Source: an uncultured Gammaproteobacteria bacterium (lineage in GTDB: Bacteria > Patescibacteriota > Patescibacteriia > UBA1558 > 2-01-FULL-52-15). Taken from it: 64,000 bases of DNA. Position numbers and translations under genes: made by a program. Of this stretch, positions 41,021-50,841 are shown piece by piece (position 1 is the first letter of the stretch; every line of letters starts with the position of its first letter). The stretch spans positions 416,079 to 480,078 of the forward strand of contig CAYOCJ010000001.1 of NCBI GenBank assembly GCA_964402565.1. The letters are read 5' to 3'. The notes below the pieces were generated by a model. The model saw only the letters and a list, made by a program, of their open reading frames with translations. It searched no databases and was not told where the DNA came from.

Positions 41021-41479
41021 ATGCCCGACAATGTAGCAGGAAGCAAGATGCCGCTGGCAGAGGTGTATCGATGCACTGGCCGCAGGCCGAACAGTATTCT
41101 TCTGTATGTGAGCGCTCTTGGCGCTTTCTGTGTGCTGTTTTTTCTCTTAACTCGTGCGATCCAGCTTTCAAGGCAGACGATTCTTTTATGGCTTATTACT
41201 GGAGCATCTTTGCTGTACCTCGTGAGCCTGCGTTCACGCCCAAGTATGGACTATGTCATTACGAGCGATGCAATCAGCGCATACCTGCATGGCAGAAGGA
41301 GAGCGTTGTGGATGATCGAGCGCGCCGATATCATCTCTGCTCGCATAGAGCGCAATGCGATTCACATACATATTCCAAAAAAAACATACGTAGTGTATAC
41401 TGGCTCTACATCGTTCATTTTTCTCGAAAAAATGAAGCCGGTGAACATCTTAGATGCTTCTGCGCATGAAAACGAATAA
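41021..41479 (+). CDS. hypothetical membrane protein (2 TM + small cytoplasmic domain)
   Basis: Start placed at MPDNVAG after a TATAGT -10. The ORF-track start is 40988. Confidence 0.5.
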   Translation: MPDNVAGSKMPLAEVYRCTGRRPNSILLYVSALGAFCVLFFLLTRAIQLSRQTILLWLITGASLLYLVSLRSRPSMDYVITSDAISAYLHGRRRALWMIERADIISARIERNAIHIHIPKKTYVVYTGSTSFIFLEKMKPVNILDASAHENE

Positions 41480-41858
41480 ACCAACTGTGCTATCGTTTAT
41501 TTTGCAATCAAGGATATTTTTTTTGGTGCTTGTTTGCCTTGTTATCGTTAGCGGTGTTCGATTAAGCAATGAAATTGCACGCCGTATGGCCATCGCTTCA
41601 CAGATACATGCATTGCGCGATCAGGTAGATAAGCTTCGCGGGGAACGGGATTCGTTATCATACCTTATGACCACATTGTCATCTGATGCCTATATAGAGG
41701 ACGCTGCCCGAAAAAAGCTCAATATGGCAAAGACAGGCGAAAAAGTTGTGGTCATTCCTGAAGAAAAGCCTGCTGCGACAAACGTGGCTCATGCACCAGA
41801 ACAAAGTTCAAATATTGATCTCTGGTGGAACTATTTTTTTGAAGTTCATGCGAATTAG
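41454..41858 (+). CDS. FtsB/DivIC-like septum formation initiator (single TM + coiled coil)
   Basis: TM followed by IHALRDQVDKLRGERDSL coiled coil and a DAYIEDAARKKLNM tail typical of FtsB/DivIC. Alternative start at 41466. Confidence 0.6.
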   Translation: MLLRMKTNKPTVLSFILQSRIFFLVLVCLVIVSGVRLSNEIARRMAIASQIHALRDQVDKLRGERDSLSYLMTTLSSDAYIEDAARKKLNMAKTGEKVVVIPEEKPAATNVAHAPEQSSNIDLWWNYFFEVHAN

Positions 41859-42717
41859 AAAGCGTTTTATTATCGGATCATTGATAGGCGCGATCTTCCT
41901 TTTTTTAGTCGTTCCGCTTGTCTGGCTGTATACGGCGCCAAAGCAGAATACAATGACGATAGCGTTTGCAAGGACATTACGGCTTCCGTTTGCCCGTGTG
42001 AATGGTTTTTCTGTCACGCTATCGCAGGTATTAGATGATGTAGAGCTGATCAAACATTTCGAAGGGACTGATATCTCGTTGACCGATGAACAGGTACGTT
42101 CAAAAGTATGGGATCATATTCGAGAGGAGTATGGCATACGCAAGTTAGCCTCTGAGCAAAGTATTACCTGGACGAGCAATGAGGTAGAGGATTTTTTTAA
42201 GACTTTTTTGACATCCAATGAATTGGAAATAAGCGACTTGCAGCATACGATCCCGAACTTTAATGAGACGTATTTTAAAGAACATACGATACTGCCGATG
42301 TTGCTTCATCAAAAAATTGCAAAAAAAATGCTCCTTGCCGCAGATAACGATGCTGCCCGCGAAGCGACACAATTGCGCGAACAAGTTCAAAAGGATCCAT
42401 CGCAATTCGACGCTATCATACAGAAGCGTGCAGATGAACAGCATATCGCAGATGCGGGTTCTACGGTTTTGCTCAGCGCAGCGACGCTGGCGCCTGATGA
42501 GGTAAGTTTGCTGAAAGGTATTGCGGTTGGCGGCATTTCACCGATCATTGCGCGTGAAGATGGCTACCGGATTTATAAGGTCACTTCGCATTTTACACAG
42601 CCGGAGGAGGCGTGGCAGGTGAAGGAGCTCTTTGTACCGGCATCGTTATACGACGAAGCACTCGCGAAGATAACGAGTGCGCATGATGAGAAGGTATATA
42701 TTAAAGGTGTACTTTGA
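41848..42717 (+). CDS. membrane-anchored peptidyl-prolyl isomerase / foldase (SurA-N-like + parvulin-like; PrsA/PpiD-type)
   Basis: N-terminal TM, a chaperone-like helical domain and a C-terminal degenerate PpiC region (GGISPIIAREDGYRIYKV). The internal ATG at 41848 is preferred over the TTG at 41746. Confidence 0.6.
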   Translation: MRIRKRFIIGSLIGAIFLFLVVPLVWLYTAPKQNTMTIAFARTLRLPFARVNGFSVTLSQVLDDVELIKHFEGTDISLTDEQVRSKVWDHIREEYGIRKLASEQSITWTSNEVEDFFKTFLTSNELEISDLQHTIPNFNETYFKEHTILPMLLHQKIAKKMLLAADNDAAREATQLREQVQKDPSQFDAIIQKRADEQHIADAGSTVLLSAATLAPDEVSLLKGIAVGGISPIIAREDGYRIYKVTSHFTQPEEAWQVKELFVPASLYDEALAKITSAHDEKVYIKGVL

Positions 42718-42737
42718 GACCTGGGCTTGAAATGGTG

Positions 42738-42813
42738 TGGAGCCGCCGGTGGGAATCGAACCCACGACCTACGGTTTACGATACCGTCGCTCTACCGACT
42801 GAGCTACAGCGGC
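42738..42813 (-). tRNA. tRNA-Thr (anticodon CGT)
   Basis: Hand-folded: acceptor GCCGCUG/CGGCGGC, D-arm GCUC-AGUCGGUA-GAGC, anticodon stem ACGGU with loop AUCGUAA, T-arm GUGGG-UUCGAUU-CCCAC, discriminator U, CCA. Confidence 0.85.
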
Positions 42814-42938
42814 GCGATCCAATTTTCACCAACAGAGCATAAACTTATTTTTGGGCTACGTCAACAGTTTCCCTCGCGATAAAAATAGCGTATACTACTA
42901 GCGTGAACGTTTTGTACGAAAAAAATTGAACCAGAACA

Positions 42939-43619
42939 ATGGTTAAAACCTATAATTTAACTAAAACGTACGCGAGCGATACCACAGCGCTGCGTGATGT
43001 CAGCATTGCTATTGAGCCGGGTGAATTCGTGTCCATCGTCGGCCAGAGCGGCAGTGGAAAATCAACATTGGTAAAAATTCTGATGGCAGAGGAACGCCCT
43101 TCGAAAGGCGAGGTAGTGATCGGTGGTTGGAATATTACTCATGTCCGAAAACATGAAATACCTATACTCCGGAAACAGATCGGCGTCATTTTTCAGGACT
43201 ATCAGCTACTTCCCAAGAAAACAGCCTTTGAAAATGTAAGTTTCGCATTGGAAGTGTGCGGTTATAAGCGGAAAGAAATTCGGACGATCGTCACGCAAGT
43301 CCTCAATCTCGTCAATTTGAAGGATCAGATGAAGAAGTTCCCGCATCAGCTTTCAGGCGGGGAAAAGCAGCGTGTAGCTATAGCGCGAAGCCTGGTGCAC
43401 CGTCCGAAACTTTTGATGGCTGATGAACCAACCGGCAACCTCGATGCTATTAATACCCGGGAGATCATCGATCTATTGCTGAAGATCAACAGTTTCGGTA
43501 CGACCGTATTATTGGTTACACATGACCGTGAAGTAGTGAATGGTTTGCGGAAACGGGTTATTACGCTCGACAATGGCTATGTGATCAGCGATCAGGTAAA
43601 AGGGAAATACATACTATGA
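42939..43619 (+). CDS. ftsE: cell division ATP-binding protein FtsE
   Basis: ABC ATPase with Walker A GQSGSGKST, signature LSGGEKQR and Walker B LLMADEP. Paired with ftsX. Confidence 0.9.
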   Translation: MVKTYNLTKTYASDTTALRDVSIAIEPGEFVSIVGQSGSGKSTLVKILMAEERPSKGEVVIGGWNITHVRKHEIPILRKQIGVIFQDYQLLPKKTAFENVSFALEVCGYKRKEIRTIVTQVLNLVNLKDQMKKFPHQLSGGEKQRVAIARSLVHRPKLLMADEPTGNLDAINTREIIDLLLKINSFGTTVLLVTHDREVVNGLRKRVITLDNGYVISDQVKGKYIL

Positions 43620-44533
43620 GATTTTCATTTCTCAGAATTATACGATACGCATTTCAGAATTTTTTCAGAAACTTTTGGCTCTCTGTTGCTACGCTTTCGG
43701 TGATCATTATTTTACTATTCTTCGTGAATGTGATTATCGTGATGAACCAAGTCAAAACTTCTCTCTTAACAGCGGTAGATCAGAAGATAGATATATCATT
43801 GTTTTTCAAACAAGAGGTCCCGCAGGCCGATGTCCTGAAGATTGAGGATGAGTTGAATGCAAATCCACTCGTCAGTAAGGTCGAAGTCATATCTCCTGAT
43901 GCAGGGCTTGAGCAGCTCAAGAGCAAGCATCCTGATCTGGGCGATAAAATATTACCGGCCCTGGGTTCGAATCCGCTCGGCTATACGCTGAAAGTCAGCG
44001 CAAAAGAACTTGACCAGTACCAGCCTCTTCTCGAGTCAATAAAGAATAATCAAGGCTATGTTTCGAAACTCGATAATCCGCCAGCCCTCTTTGATTCTGA
44101 GCAATTCACCTCGGCCGCAAGCAAGCTGTCAGATCAGGTTAATACGGTCGCTATCATTTTAGCCGTGATCTTTTTCTTAGTGGCGCTCACTATCATGTTC
44201 AACAGCATTCGGGTCAGTATTTATACGCATCGTGAAGAGATCAGCATCATGAAGCTGGTTGGTGCCACGAATCGCTTTATCCGCATGCCGTATATTTTAG
44301 AGTCAATACTGTATTCCGTTATATCGGTCTCTGTCAGCATTGGCATACTGTATATTGTCCTGGGTTTTGTGCAGCCATACGTGGATCGTTTCATGGGCGA
44401 CCTGCTGCATGTCGATCTGGTCGGTTTTTATCAGTCTCAGTCTCTGGTAATATTTGGATCACAATTCATAGCCATCACCTTGCTGACCATTATAAGCACC
44501 ACCTTAGCACTGCGCCGCTACTTGCGGGCGTGA
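43616..44533 (+). CDS. ftsX: cell division permease FtsX
   Basis: N-terminal TM, periplasmic domain and a C-terminal 3-TM FtsX fold. ATGA coupling with ftsE. Confidence 0.85.
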   Translation: MRFSFLRIIRYAFQNFFRNFWLSVATLSVIIILLFFVNVIIVMNQVKTSLLTAVDQKIDISLFFKQEVPQADVLKIEDELNANPLVSKVEVISPDAGLEQLKSKHPDLGDKILPALGSNPLGYTLKVSAKELDQYQPLLESIKNNQGYVSKLDNPPALFDSEQFTSAASKLSDQVNTVAIILAVIFFLVALTIMFNSIRVSIYTHREEISIMKLVGATNRFIRMPYILESILYSVISVSVSIGILYIVLGFVQPYVDRFMGDLLHVDLVGFYQSQSLVIFGSQFIAITLLTIISTTLALRRYLRA

Positions 44534-44560
44534 TGGCCTACAACAGGTTATTTAATCGTA

Positions 44561-44590
44561 AGAAAAAACCGGCTATGCGCCGGTTTTTTC
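44561..44590. terminator. bidirectional intrinsic terminator shared by ftsX (+) and rpmA (-)
   Basis: aaaaaa-ccggc-tatgc-gccgg-tttttt. The rpmA stop codon lies in the loop. Confidence 0.6.
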
Positions 44591-44863
44591 TGGAAGTACA
44601 TCTGCGTACTTCGTAGGACGTATCGCGCCATTGAAGCGCTTTCGTTTGAGCGATCGAAATTTTACAATACCTGCAACTTTTGCGAAAAGAGTGTCATCAG
44701 ACCCTCTGCGTACGTTTTTTCCTGCTCGAATTTTCGTACCGCGCTGTCTGACTATGATCGATCCTGCTTGTGCCACTTCTCCTGCATAGAGTTTAACGCC
44801 AAGACGTTGACCTTGCGAATCGCGTCCATACGAGGTTGATCCGGCTGCTTTTTTATGTGCCAT
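44573..44863 (-). CDS. rpmA: 50S ribosomal protein L27
   Basis: [24 protein letters not shown]...RQRGTK is a canonical L27. Confidence 0.95.
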   Translation of the reverse strand: MAHKKAAGSTSYGRDSQGQRLGVKLYAGEVAQAGSIIVRQRGTKIRAGKNVRRGSDDTLFAKVAGIVKFRSLKRKRFNGAIRPTKYADVLPEKTGA

Positions 44864-44927
44864 ACACTGTGTTCAATGGTTAATGCGAAAGGAGTATACC
44901 CAGAATATGCACTTCTGTCAATATTCT

Positions 44928-45518
44928 CTATTCAAATCTCCTGAGAACGGCCTTTACAACTCCCTGGATAGCAGGATTAGTCACATAGATAGGACCCATG
45001 GACGCATTTGCCGGCTGCAATCGGATGCGGTTCTTTTCGCGGTAGTATTTTTTTAGCGTTGCGAATGCATTATCGAGTAATGCAACGACTATCTGGCCAT
45101 TCGTTGGATAAAAATTGCGCTCTACAATGACATAGTCGCCATCAAGGATGCCTTCTTCGATCATCGAGGTCCCTTTCACCTTCAAAACGAAACAATTGCT
45201 CGATGGTACCAAACTTTCAGGCACCGCAACTGTTTCACGGTCTTCTATGGCTTCGATAGGCTCTCCAGCTGCTATCAAACCGACCAGCGGCAGCATGACG
45301 CTTCTTTCGGTATAACTTGACTCTATTGGTTCAAGATGAGGGGTTTTTTTAAGCATATGTTTTTGTTTAAGGTTGCGAATATGTTGATGGATGGTCGCAG
45401 GGGATGAAAGGCCTAACGTACGCATGATGTCACGTACCGTAGGTGAGTGGCCCTGGGACGCATAAAAATCAAGAATTGCCTGATATACGTCATTTTGTTT
45501 GCGGGTCAATGGTGCCAT
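44928..45518 (-). CDS. lexA: LexA repressor (S24 peptidase)
   Basis: Winged-helix N-domain. Cleavage-site/S24 motifs (..AG.P.. ; GDYVIVERN ; ...K..). Confidence 0.85.
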   Translation of the reverse strand: MAPLTRKQNDVYQAILDFYASQGHSPTVRDIMRTLGLSSPATIHQHIRNLKQKHMLKKTPHLEPIESSYTERSVMLPLVGLIAAGEPIEAIEDRETVAVPESLVPSSNCFVLKVKGTSMIEEGILDGDYVIVERNFYPTNGQIVVALLDNAFATLKKYYREKNRIRLQPANASMGPIYVTNPAIQGVVKAVLRRFE

Positions 45519-45534
45519 ATAAGCAGTATATACC

Positions 45535-45550
45535 GAACAAAAAACGAACG
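45535..45550. promoter_or_regulatory. direct repeat CGAAC-N6-CGAAC in the lexA/nifU-like divergent promoter region (candidate LexA operator)
   Basis: ccgaacaaaaaacgaac lies 17 nt upstream of the lexA start codon. No palindromic GAAC-N4-GTTC box was seen. Confidence 0.25.
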
Positions 45551-45598
45551 CAAGTAGCCTGGATTGATTTTTAGTCTAGAGTCAACTACTATAAGTAT

Positions 45599-45829
45599 AT
45601 GCGAAAGAAAATTGAAGCCGTACTTGATCGTATACGCCCTGCGCTTGATGCACATGGAGGCGATGTCGAACTCCTCAAGGTCAGCATGAAAGAAAAAACG
45701 GCTTATATTAAATTTGTCGGCACATGCGACCACTGTGCCATATCCGAAGTAACGCTGAAGTATCTCGTTGAGCGCGAAGTGCATGCGACATGCCCTGAGA
45801 TCACTTCGGTTGTTGCGGTCCAAGCATGA
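45599..45829 (+). CDS. NifU-like (Nfu-type) Fe-S cluster scaffold domain protein
   Basis: 76 aa with the CxxC motif GTCDHCAIS and typical Nfu C-terminal domain residues. Confidence 0.75.
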   Translation: MRKKIEAVLDRIRPALDAHGGDVELLKVSMKEKTAYIKFVGTCDHCAISEVTLKYLVEREVHATCPEITSVVAVQA

Positions 45830-45850
45830 ATGCGTAACTGAACTCCAGGT

Positions 45851-46216
45851 ATGTTTAACGGCAAACAACTTCTTCTTTTTTATCGAGAGCGGACCGTGTT
45901 CATTTTTTTTAATGCTGCAATTTTCTTTTTATGCGTAAGTGTTATTTGGATACTTGCGGTGATACAGCCGAGAACAGAATCCATAGCGCTGCACTATGAC
46001 ATTTTTTTTGGCATTGATCGCATCGGCAGCTGGTTCGAATTACTGTATACGGCCGGTGCAATCTGTGCATGCATTTTGGTGAATGCATACATTGCGTATT
46101 ATATTTTTGCGAAAGACAAATACTTGAGCTACTATTTGCTGCTCCTTGGCTCTATAGCATCGTTTATTTTTCTTCTGTATCTGATGAGCCTTACCTTGTT
46201 CGCCTTACCTATATGA
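45851..46216 (+). CDS. hypothetical small membrane protein (3 TM) preceding mraY
   Basis: 121-aa hydrophobic ORF. Its stop overlaps the mraY start. Confidence 0.45.
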   Translation: MFNGKQLLLFYRERTVFIFFNAAIFFLCVSVIWILAVIQPRTESIALHYDIFFGIDRIGSWFELLYTAGAICACILVNAYIAYYIFAKDKYLSYYLLLLGSIASFIFLLYLMSLTLFALPI

Positions 46217-47274
46217 GCAACTTCGAAGTAATAAAGATATTCGGTTTGACGACGATCAGTTTTATTTTGGCAGTACTTTGGACGCCGCTGCTCAGCCATT
46301 TTTTGTATAAGTATCGCCTGGGCAAATCTATCAGGAATGACGGTACAACACCGGTATACAGCAAGCTGCATTTGCATAAGCAGGGTACACCATCGATGGG
46401 AGGCATTTTAATTTGGGTGACGACGCTCGTCATTACACTGTTTTTTTCGTATCTTTCACAGCTGAGTTTTCTTCCGGATTGGCTGAGATCGCTTAATTTC
46501 CTTACCCGGGGAGAGACGTTATTGCCCCTCGGCGTCTTCGTGGCTTCAGCACTCGTCGGCCTGCTTGATGATTGGTTCAATATCACCCACCAGGGATCTG
46601 GTAAAGGCGGCGGACTCAAGATGAAGCATCGATTATTAATTTTTGCATTAATTGCCTTAGTAGGCGCATGGTGGTTCTATTTTAAGCTTAAATGGGATGT
46701 GATTCACATTCCATTCGTCGGTACCTATGGCATTGGCTGGTGGTATATTCCATTTTTCATTTTTGTCATTGTTGCCACGGCTTTCTCGGTTAACGAAATT
46801 GACGGGCTTGATGGATTGGCAGCCGGAGTATTATTGTCATCCTTTGCAAGTCTGGGCGCATTTGCATTCATGCAGGGAAATTATAATTTGGTCACTTTTT
46901 GCGGCGTCATCGTGGGATCCTTGCTTGCCTTTCTCTGGTTCAATATTCCGCCTGCTCGGTTCTTTATGGGTGATACGGGCGCGATGTCATTAGGCGTTAG
47001 CTTAGGTATTATCGCGTTACTTACTCATGCCGAGTTTTTCTTGCCGATTATAGCCCTGCCTCTGGTCATTGAGTCAGGATCTGTAATCCTGCAGATGATC
47101 TCGAAAAAGATCTTTAAAAAGAAGATTTTCATCTCATCGCCTTTGCATCATCACCTCGAAGCACTCGGCTGGTCTGAAAGCAAAATTGTGATGCGTTTTT
47201 GGGTCATTTCCGGGGTCATGTCAGTGGTGGGCCTTATTTTAGCTCTGATGGACAGAAGTTTGCGGCTTTTGTAA
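46213..47274 (+). CDS. mraY: phospho-N-acetylmuramoyl-pentapeptide transferase
   Basis: Polytopic protein with GLLDDW and the PLHHHLE (HHH) motif. In a dcw context before ftsW. Confidence 0.85.
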   Translation: MSNFEVIKIFGLTTISFILAVLWTPLLSHFLYKYRLGKSIRNDGTTPVYSKLHLHKQGTPSMGGILIWVTTLVITLFFSYLSQLSFLPDWLRSLNFLTRGETLLPLGVFVASALVGLLDDWFNITHQGSGKGGGLKMKHRLLIFALIALVGAWWFYFKLKWDVIHIPFVGTYGIGWWYIPFFIFVIVATAFSVNEIDGLDGLAAGVLLSSFASLGAFAFMQGNYNLVTFCGVIVGSLLAFLWFNIPPARFFMGDTGAMSLGVSLGIIALLTHAEFFLPIIALPLVIESGSVILQMISKKIFKKKIFISSPLHHHLEALGWSESKIVMRFWVISGVMSVVGLILALMDRSLRLL

Positions 47275-47285
47275 CGGCACGTTCT

Positions 47286-48476
47286 ATGTTCAAAAAAAAT
47301 AAAAATCGCCAATTTCCGCGCGCTGGTTCTGGAAATTTTTTCAAAAGGCTTTTCTCGAGGACACACCGCATAGAACACCACGCACCTGATTATACATTGC
47401 TCGGAACCACACTAGTACTGCTCTTTGTCGGCCTTATTACGCTGTCATCAGCTACGTCCATTTTGTCGTTTCAGGAAACGAGCGGCACTTATTATTTTTT
47501 GAGGCGACAGCTGACTCACGGCGTTCTGCCCGGGCTCCTGGCCATGTTCATTTTGTATCGTATCCCGTATCGCAAATATCTGGGATTCACGTCATTATTT
47601 TTATTCGCTGTCTATGCGCTGCTGCTCGTCGTATTCGTTCCTTCGCTGCATCCGGCAGGGTACCCGACAAAAAGCTGGATCGATATCGGATTCACGACCA
47701 TTCAGACCAGCGAAATCGCAAAATTGTTTTTTATTCTATGGCTCGCAGGCTGGTGCACGACGCGGCATGCCTCAATACGGAGTTTAACGGTTACCAGCAT
47801 TCCATTTTTTTTGATAACTGCCAGCATAGCAGGCCTTCTGATGCTGCAGCCGGACGCAGGAACCATGATTTTATTTATGGGCATCGCGATGTGCATGTTT
47901 TTTGTTGCCCAGGGTAATTTGCTCCACATTCTGTTCGCCACCGGATTGGGTTCGCTCATTATTATCCCGGTTATATTGAGGGCTCCGTACCGATTTCAGC
48001 GGCTGACGAGTTTCCTGCACCCAAGTGCTGACACGCAGGGCGCAGGGTATCAGATCTATCAAGCATTGATCGCGCTTGGTTCTGGCTCATGGTTCGGCCT
48101 TGGCATCGGGCGCTCGCAACAAAAGTTTTATTTTGTGCCGGAAGTGGAAAGCGATTCGATATTCGCCATCATAGGCGAAGAGCTTGGCTTCATTATTTCA
48201 GCGATCTTGCTGATTTTATTCGTTTCGCTTTTTTTGCGCGGGATCCGCATAGCGAGAAATGCTCCTGACAGATACGGCGCGCTCGTTGCATGGGGGGTCA
48301 CGCTCCTGATAACGCTTCAGGTCGTCGTCAATGTCGGCGCTATCGTCGGCCTCCTGCCGCTCACTGGGATTCCCTTGCCGTTTATCAGCTTAGGTGGTAC
48401 GAATATCGTTGTCTTGCTTGCCGGACTTGGCATTTTGCTGAATATTTCAACCTATACGAAAGAACAACATGGTTAG
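47286..48476 (+). CDS. ftsW: SEDS-family peptidoglycan glycosyltransferase FtsW/RodA (FtsW by context)
   Basis: 10-TM SEDS protein between mraY and murG. Start at the ATG at 47286. Confidence 0.8.
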   Translation: MFKKNKNRQFPRAGSGNFFKRLFSRTHRIEHHAPDYTLLGTTLVLLFVGLITLSSATSILSFQETSGTYYFLRRQLTHGVLPGLLAMFILYRIPYRKYLGFTSLFLFAVYALLLVVFVPSLHPAGYPTKSWIDIGFTTIQTSEIAKLFFILWLAGWCTTRHASIRSLTVTSIPFFLITASIAGLLMLQPDAGTMILFMGIAMCMFFVAQGNLLHILFATGLGSLIIIPVILRAPYRFQRLTSFLHPSADTQGAGYQIYQALIALGSGSWFGLGIGRSQQKFYFVPEVESDSIFAIIGEELGFIISAILLILFVSLFLRGIRIARNAPDRYGALVAWGVTLLITLQVVVNVGAIVGLLPLTGIPLPFISLGGTNIVVLLAGLGILLNISTYTKEQHG

Positions 48477-50841
48477 GATTTTGCTCTCAGGCGGAGGAAC
48501 GCTTGGGTCAGTGTCGCCGCTTATTGCTATCAAAGAATCGGTTCCTGAGGCTGATTATTTATTTGTCGGGACAAAAAATGGTATTGAGCGTTCCTTCGTC
48601 AAGCGTTTTGGCATACGCTATAAATATATCGGCACCGTAAAGTTCAGGCGCTATCTCTCTTTCGCCAATCTCATAGATCTGGTGAAAATGCCATTCGTAT
48701 TTTTTCAGGCGCTGACCATAGTCATCAGGTATCGGCCGCATATCATTTTGACGTCGGGAAGCTTCGTCTCTGTGCCGGTCGCGTACGCCGGCAAATTATG
48801 CGGCTGTACTATTTTCATTCATCAGCAGGATGCGCAGGTAGGCCTGGCAAACCGCATGATCATGTGGATCGCAAGGGTCATCACGACAACCTTCGAAGAA
48901 CAGGTCAAGTCATTTTCGTTACAAAAGACCCATTGGACAGGCAATCCGATTCGTCCGTTAGAGCAAAAAAATATTGCTGAAGAGGATCTCATACTGGTAC
49001 TGGGCGGCAGCAGCGGAGCGCATGGGCTGAATGCCGCAATGGGCGAGGTGCTCCCGAATTTTAGCGAACGGTATGAGATCGTACATGTACTTGGCAGTCG
49101 AAATTTTTTCCAGCGACTGAGCCTGGGGAAAAAATATAACGCCGTGCAATTTCTTGATGCTGAATACGCCGACGTGCTTCAACGAGCGCGTGTTGTTGTT
49201 ACGCGAGCCGGCATGTCGACATTGACTGAACTGGCGCACTATAAAAAAGCGACCTTAGTCATACCGATGCCGGATACGCATCAGGTTCCCAATGCACAAT
49301 TTTTTGCAAACCACGAAGCTGTGGTGTATGTGCCGCAGATGGATCGGAGGATGCAGATTGTTGAGCTTGAGAAAATGCTGACCGATTCGAAGAGGCGATC
49401 GTCTTTGGGCAAAGCGCTGCATAAGCTGTTTCCTGATGATGCAAATGTGCGCTATGCAAAACTATTGCGTTCATACTTTCCCGCTGATCAGCATGCGGTG
49501 AAGACAGCTTACTTTGTCGGCATCGGGGGCATCGGCATATCGGCTGTTGCTGAACAGTTCATTGAAGATGGGTATGCGGTCATCGGTTCAGATCTCAGGC
49601 CGACACAGGTGACCAAACAATTAGAATCACGCGGCGCTCGAATTTTTTATGATCATCGAAAGGAAAATGTACCTGCGACGCTTGAAGTGCTCATCTATTC
49701 GACAGCAGTGCCGATCACCAATGAGGAAATAGTGGAAGCGCAGCATCGGCACATTGCTGTGTATTCGTATAAGGACTACCTTGGTGAAATATCAAAAAAA
49801 TACACGACGGTCGCTATTTCAGGCACACATGGCAAAACAACGACCACCGCTCTTACCGGTCTAATGCTGAAAGAGGGCGGTCTGGACCCAACGATTATTG
49901 TCGGGTCATTCGTCCCGCAACTCGGCAATATGAATTATCATGCAGGCAAGGGCGGCATTTTGGTCGTTGAAGCAGATGAGTACCGATCGGATATGCTGAG
50001 GCTGCATCCGACGATCGCTGTCGTGACCAATATCGATAAGGACCACCTTGATTTTTATAAAGACATAAACGATATTACTGAGCATTTCCGATCATTCATT
50101 CACCTCGTACCTTCTGATGGCATGGTCATTCTGAACGGAGATGATAGTCGCTTGAGGAAGATAGCCTCAGCTCACGCAACGACATATGGTCTGTCTGAAA
50201 ACGTCGATTATCAGGCTACGAAGCTCAGCCTCGGCAATGGCGTGCAGCATTTTTCGGTACTCGAGAAAAAAAAGCTCTTAGGCTCATTTGAACTGCATGT
50301 CCCAGGAGAATTCAATGTATTGAACGCGCTTGCCGGGATTGCAGTTGCGCGACGTTTTCAAATACCGCTTGCCTCGATACAAAAAAGCGTTCAGTCTTTT
50401 AAAGGTACGTGGAGGCGATTCGAATATATCGGCAATTTTAATGAAGCGAAGGTCTTTACCGACTATGCGCATCATCCGACCGCTATACACGCAACGTTGA
50501 CGGCGGCAAAATCATTTTATCCGAAGCACCGGCTGGTGGTGGTATTTCAGCCGCACTCGTATGACCGCACTGACAAGCTCTTCAACGAATTTTTGGATGC
50601 GTTCCGGGAAGCCGACATGTTGAGGCTCGTAGATGTATACGATGTTGCCGGCCGAGATACAGCAAAAAAAGCAAATTCAAAAGATCTGATTGCACACCTC
50701 TCGCATCCGGCTTCAAAATATATTGGTTCGCTCGATGAGCTGCGGGCCGACCTCGAGAAAGAAATTACACAGCATGATATACTGGTAATCATGGGCGCGG
50801 GTGATATCGACGCCTTTGCACGATCATTGGTCACCACATGA
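48469..50841 (+). CDS. murG: bifunctional MurG (lipid II GlcNAc transferase) - MurC (UDP-MurNAc--L-Ala ligase) fusion protein
   Basis: MurG region at aa 1-345 (LLSGGGTLGSVSPLIAI, GGSSGAHGLN, TRAGMSTLTEL). MurC region at aa 350-790 (YFVGIGGIGISAVAEQ, AISGTHGKTTTTAL). Continuous ORF of 790 aa. Confidence 0.85.
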   Translation: MVRILLSGGGTLGSVSPLIAIKESVPEADYLFVGTKNGIERSFVKRFGIRYKYIGTVKFRRYLSFANLIDLVKMPFVFFQALTIVIRYRPHIILTSGSFVSVPVAYAGKLCGCTIFIHQQDAQVGLANRMIMWIARVITTTFEEQVKSFSLQKTHWTGNPIRPLEQKNIAEEDLILVLGGSSGAHGLNAAMGEVLPNFSERYEIVHVLGSRNFFQRLSLGKKYNAVQFLDAEYADVLQRARVVVTRAGMSTLTELAHYKKATLVIPMPDTHQVPNAQFFANHEAVVYVPQMDRRMQIVELEKMLTDSKRRSSLGKALHKLFPDDANVRYAKLLRSYFPADQHAVKTAYFVGIGGIGISAVAEQFIEDGYAVIGSDLRPTQVTKQLESRGARIFYDHRKENVPATLEVLIYSTAVPITNEEIVEAQHRHIAVYSYKDYLGEISKKYTTVAISGTHGKTTTTALTGLMLKEGGLDPTIIVGSFVPQLGNMNYHAGKGGILVVEADEYRSDMLRLHPTIAVVTNIDKDHLDFYKDINDITEHFRSFIHLVPSDGMVILNGDDSRLRKIASAHATTYGLSENVDYQATKLSLGNGVQHFSVLEKKKLLGSFELHVPGEFNVLNALAGIAVARRFQIPLASIQKSVQSFKGTWRRFEYIGNFNEAKVFTDYAHHPTAIHATLTAAKSFYPKHRLVVVFQPHSYDRTDKLFNEFLDAFREADMLRLVDVYDVAGRDTAKKANSKDLIAHLSHPASKYIGSLDELRADLEKEITQHDILVIMGAGDIDAFARSLVTT

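Noticed and set aside
40920-41171. 83-aa minus-strand ORF after lepA.
   Set aside because: It overlaps the better-supported + strand gene 41021-41479. Only the short 33-aa TM ORF at 40910-41011 is kept as a weak candidate.
44573-45518. lexA directly upstream of rpmA without rplU (L21).
   Set aside because: Unusual synteny but not interpretable from this window alone. rplU may simply be elsewhere.
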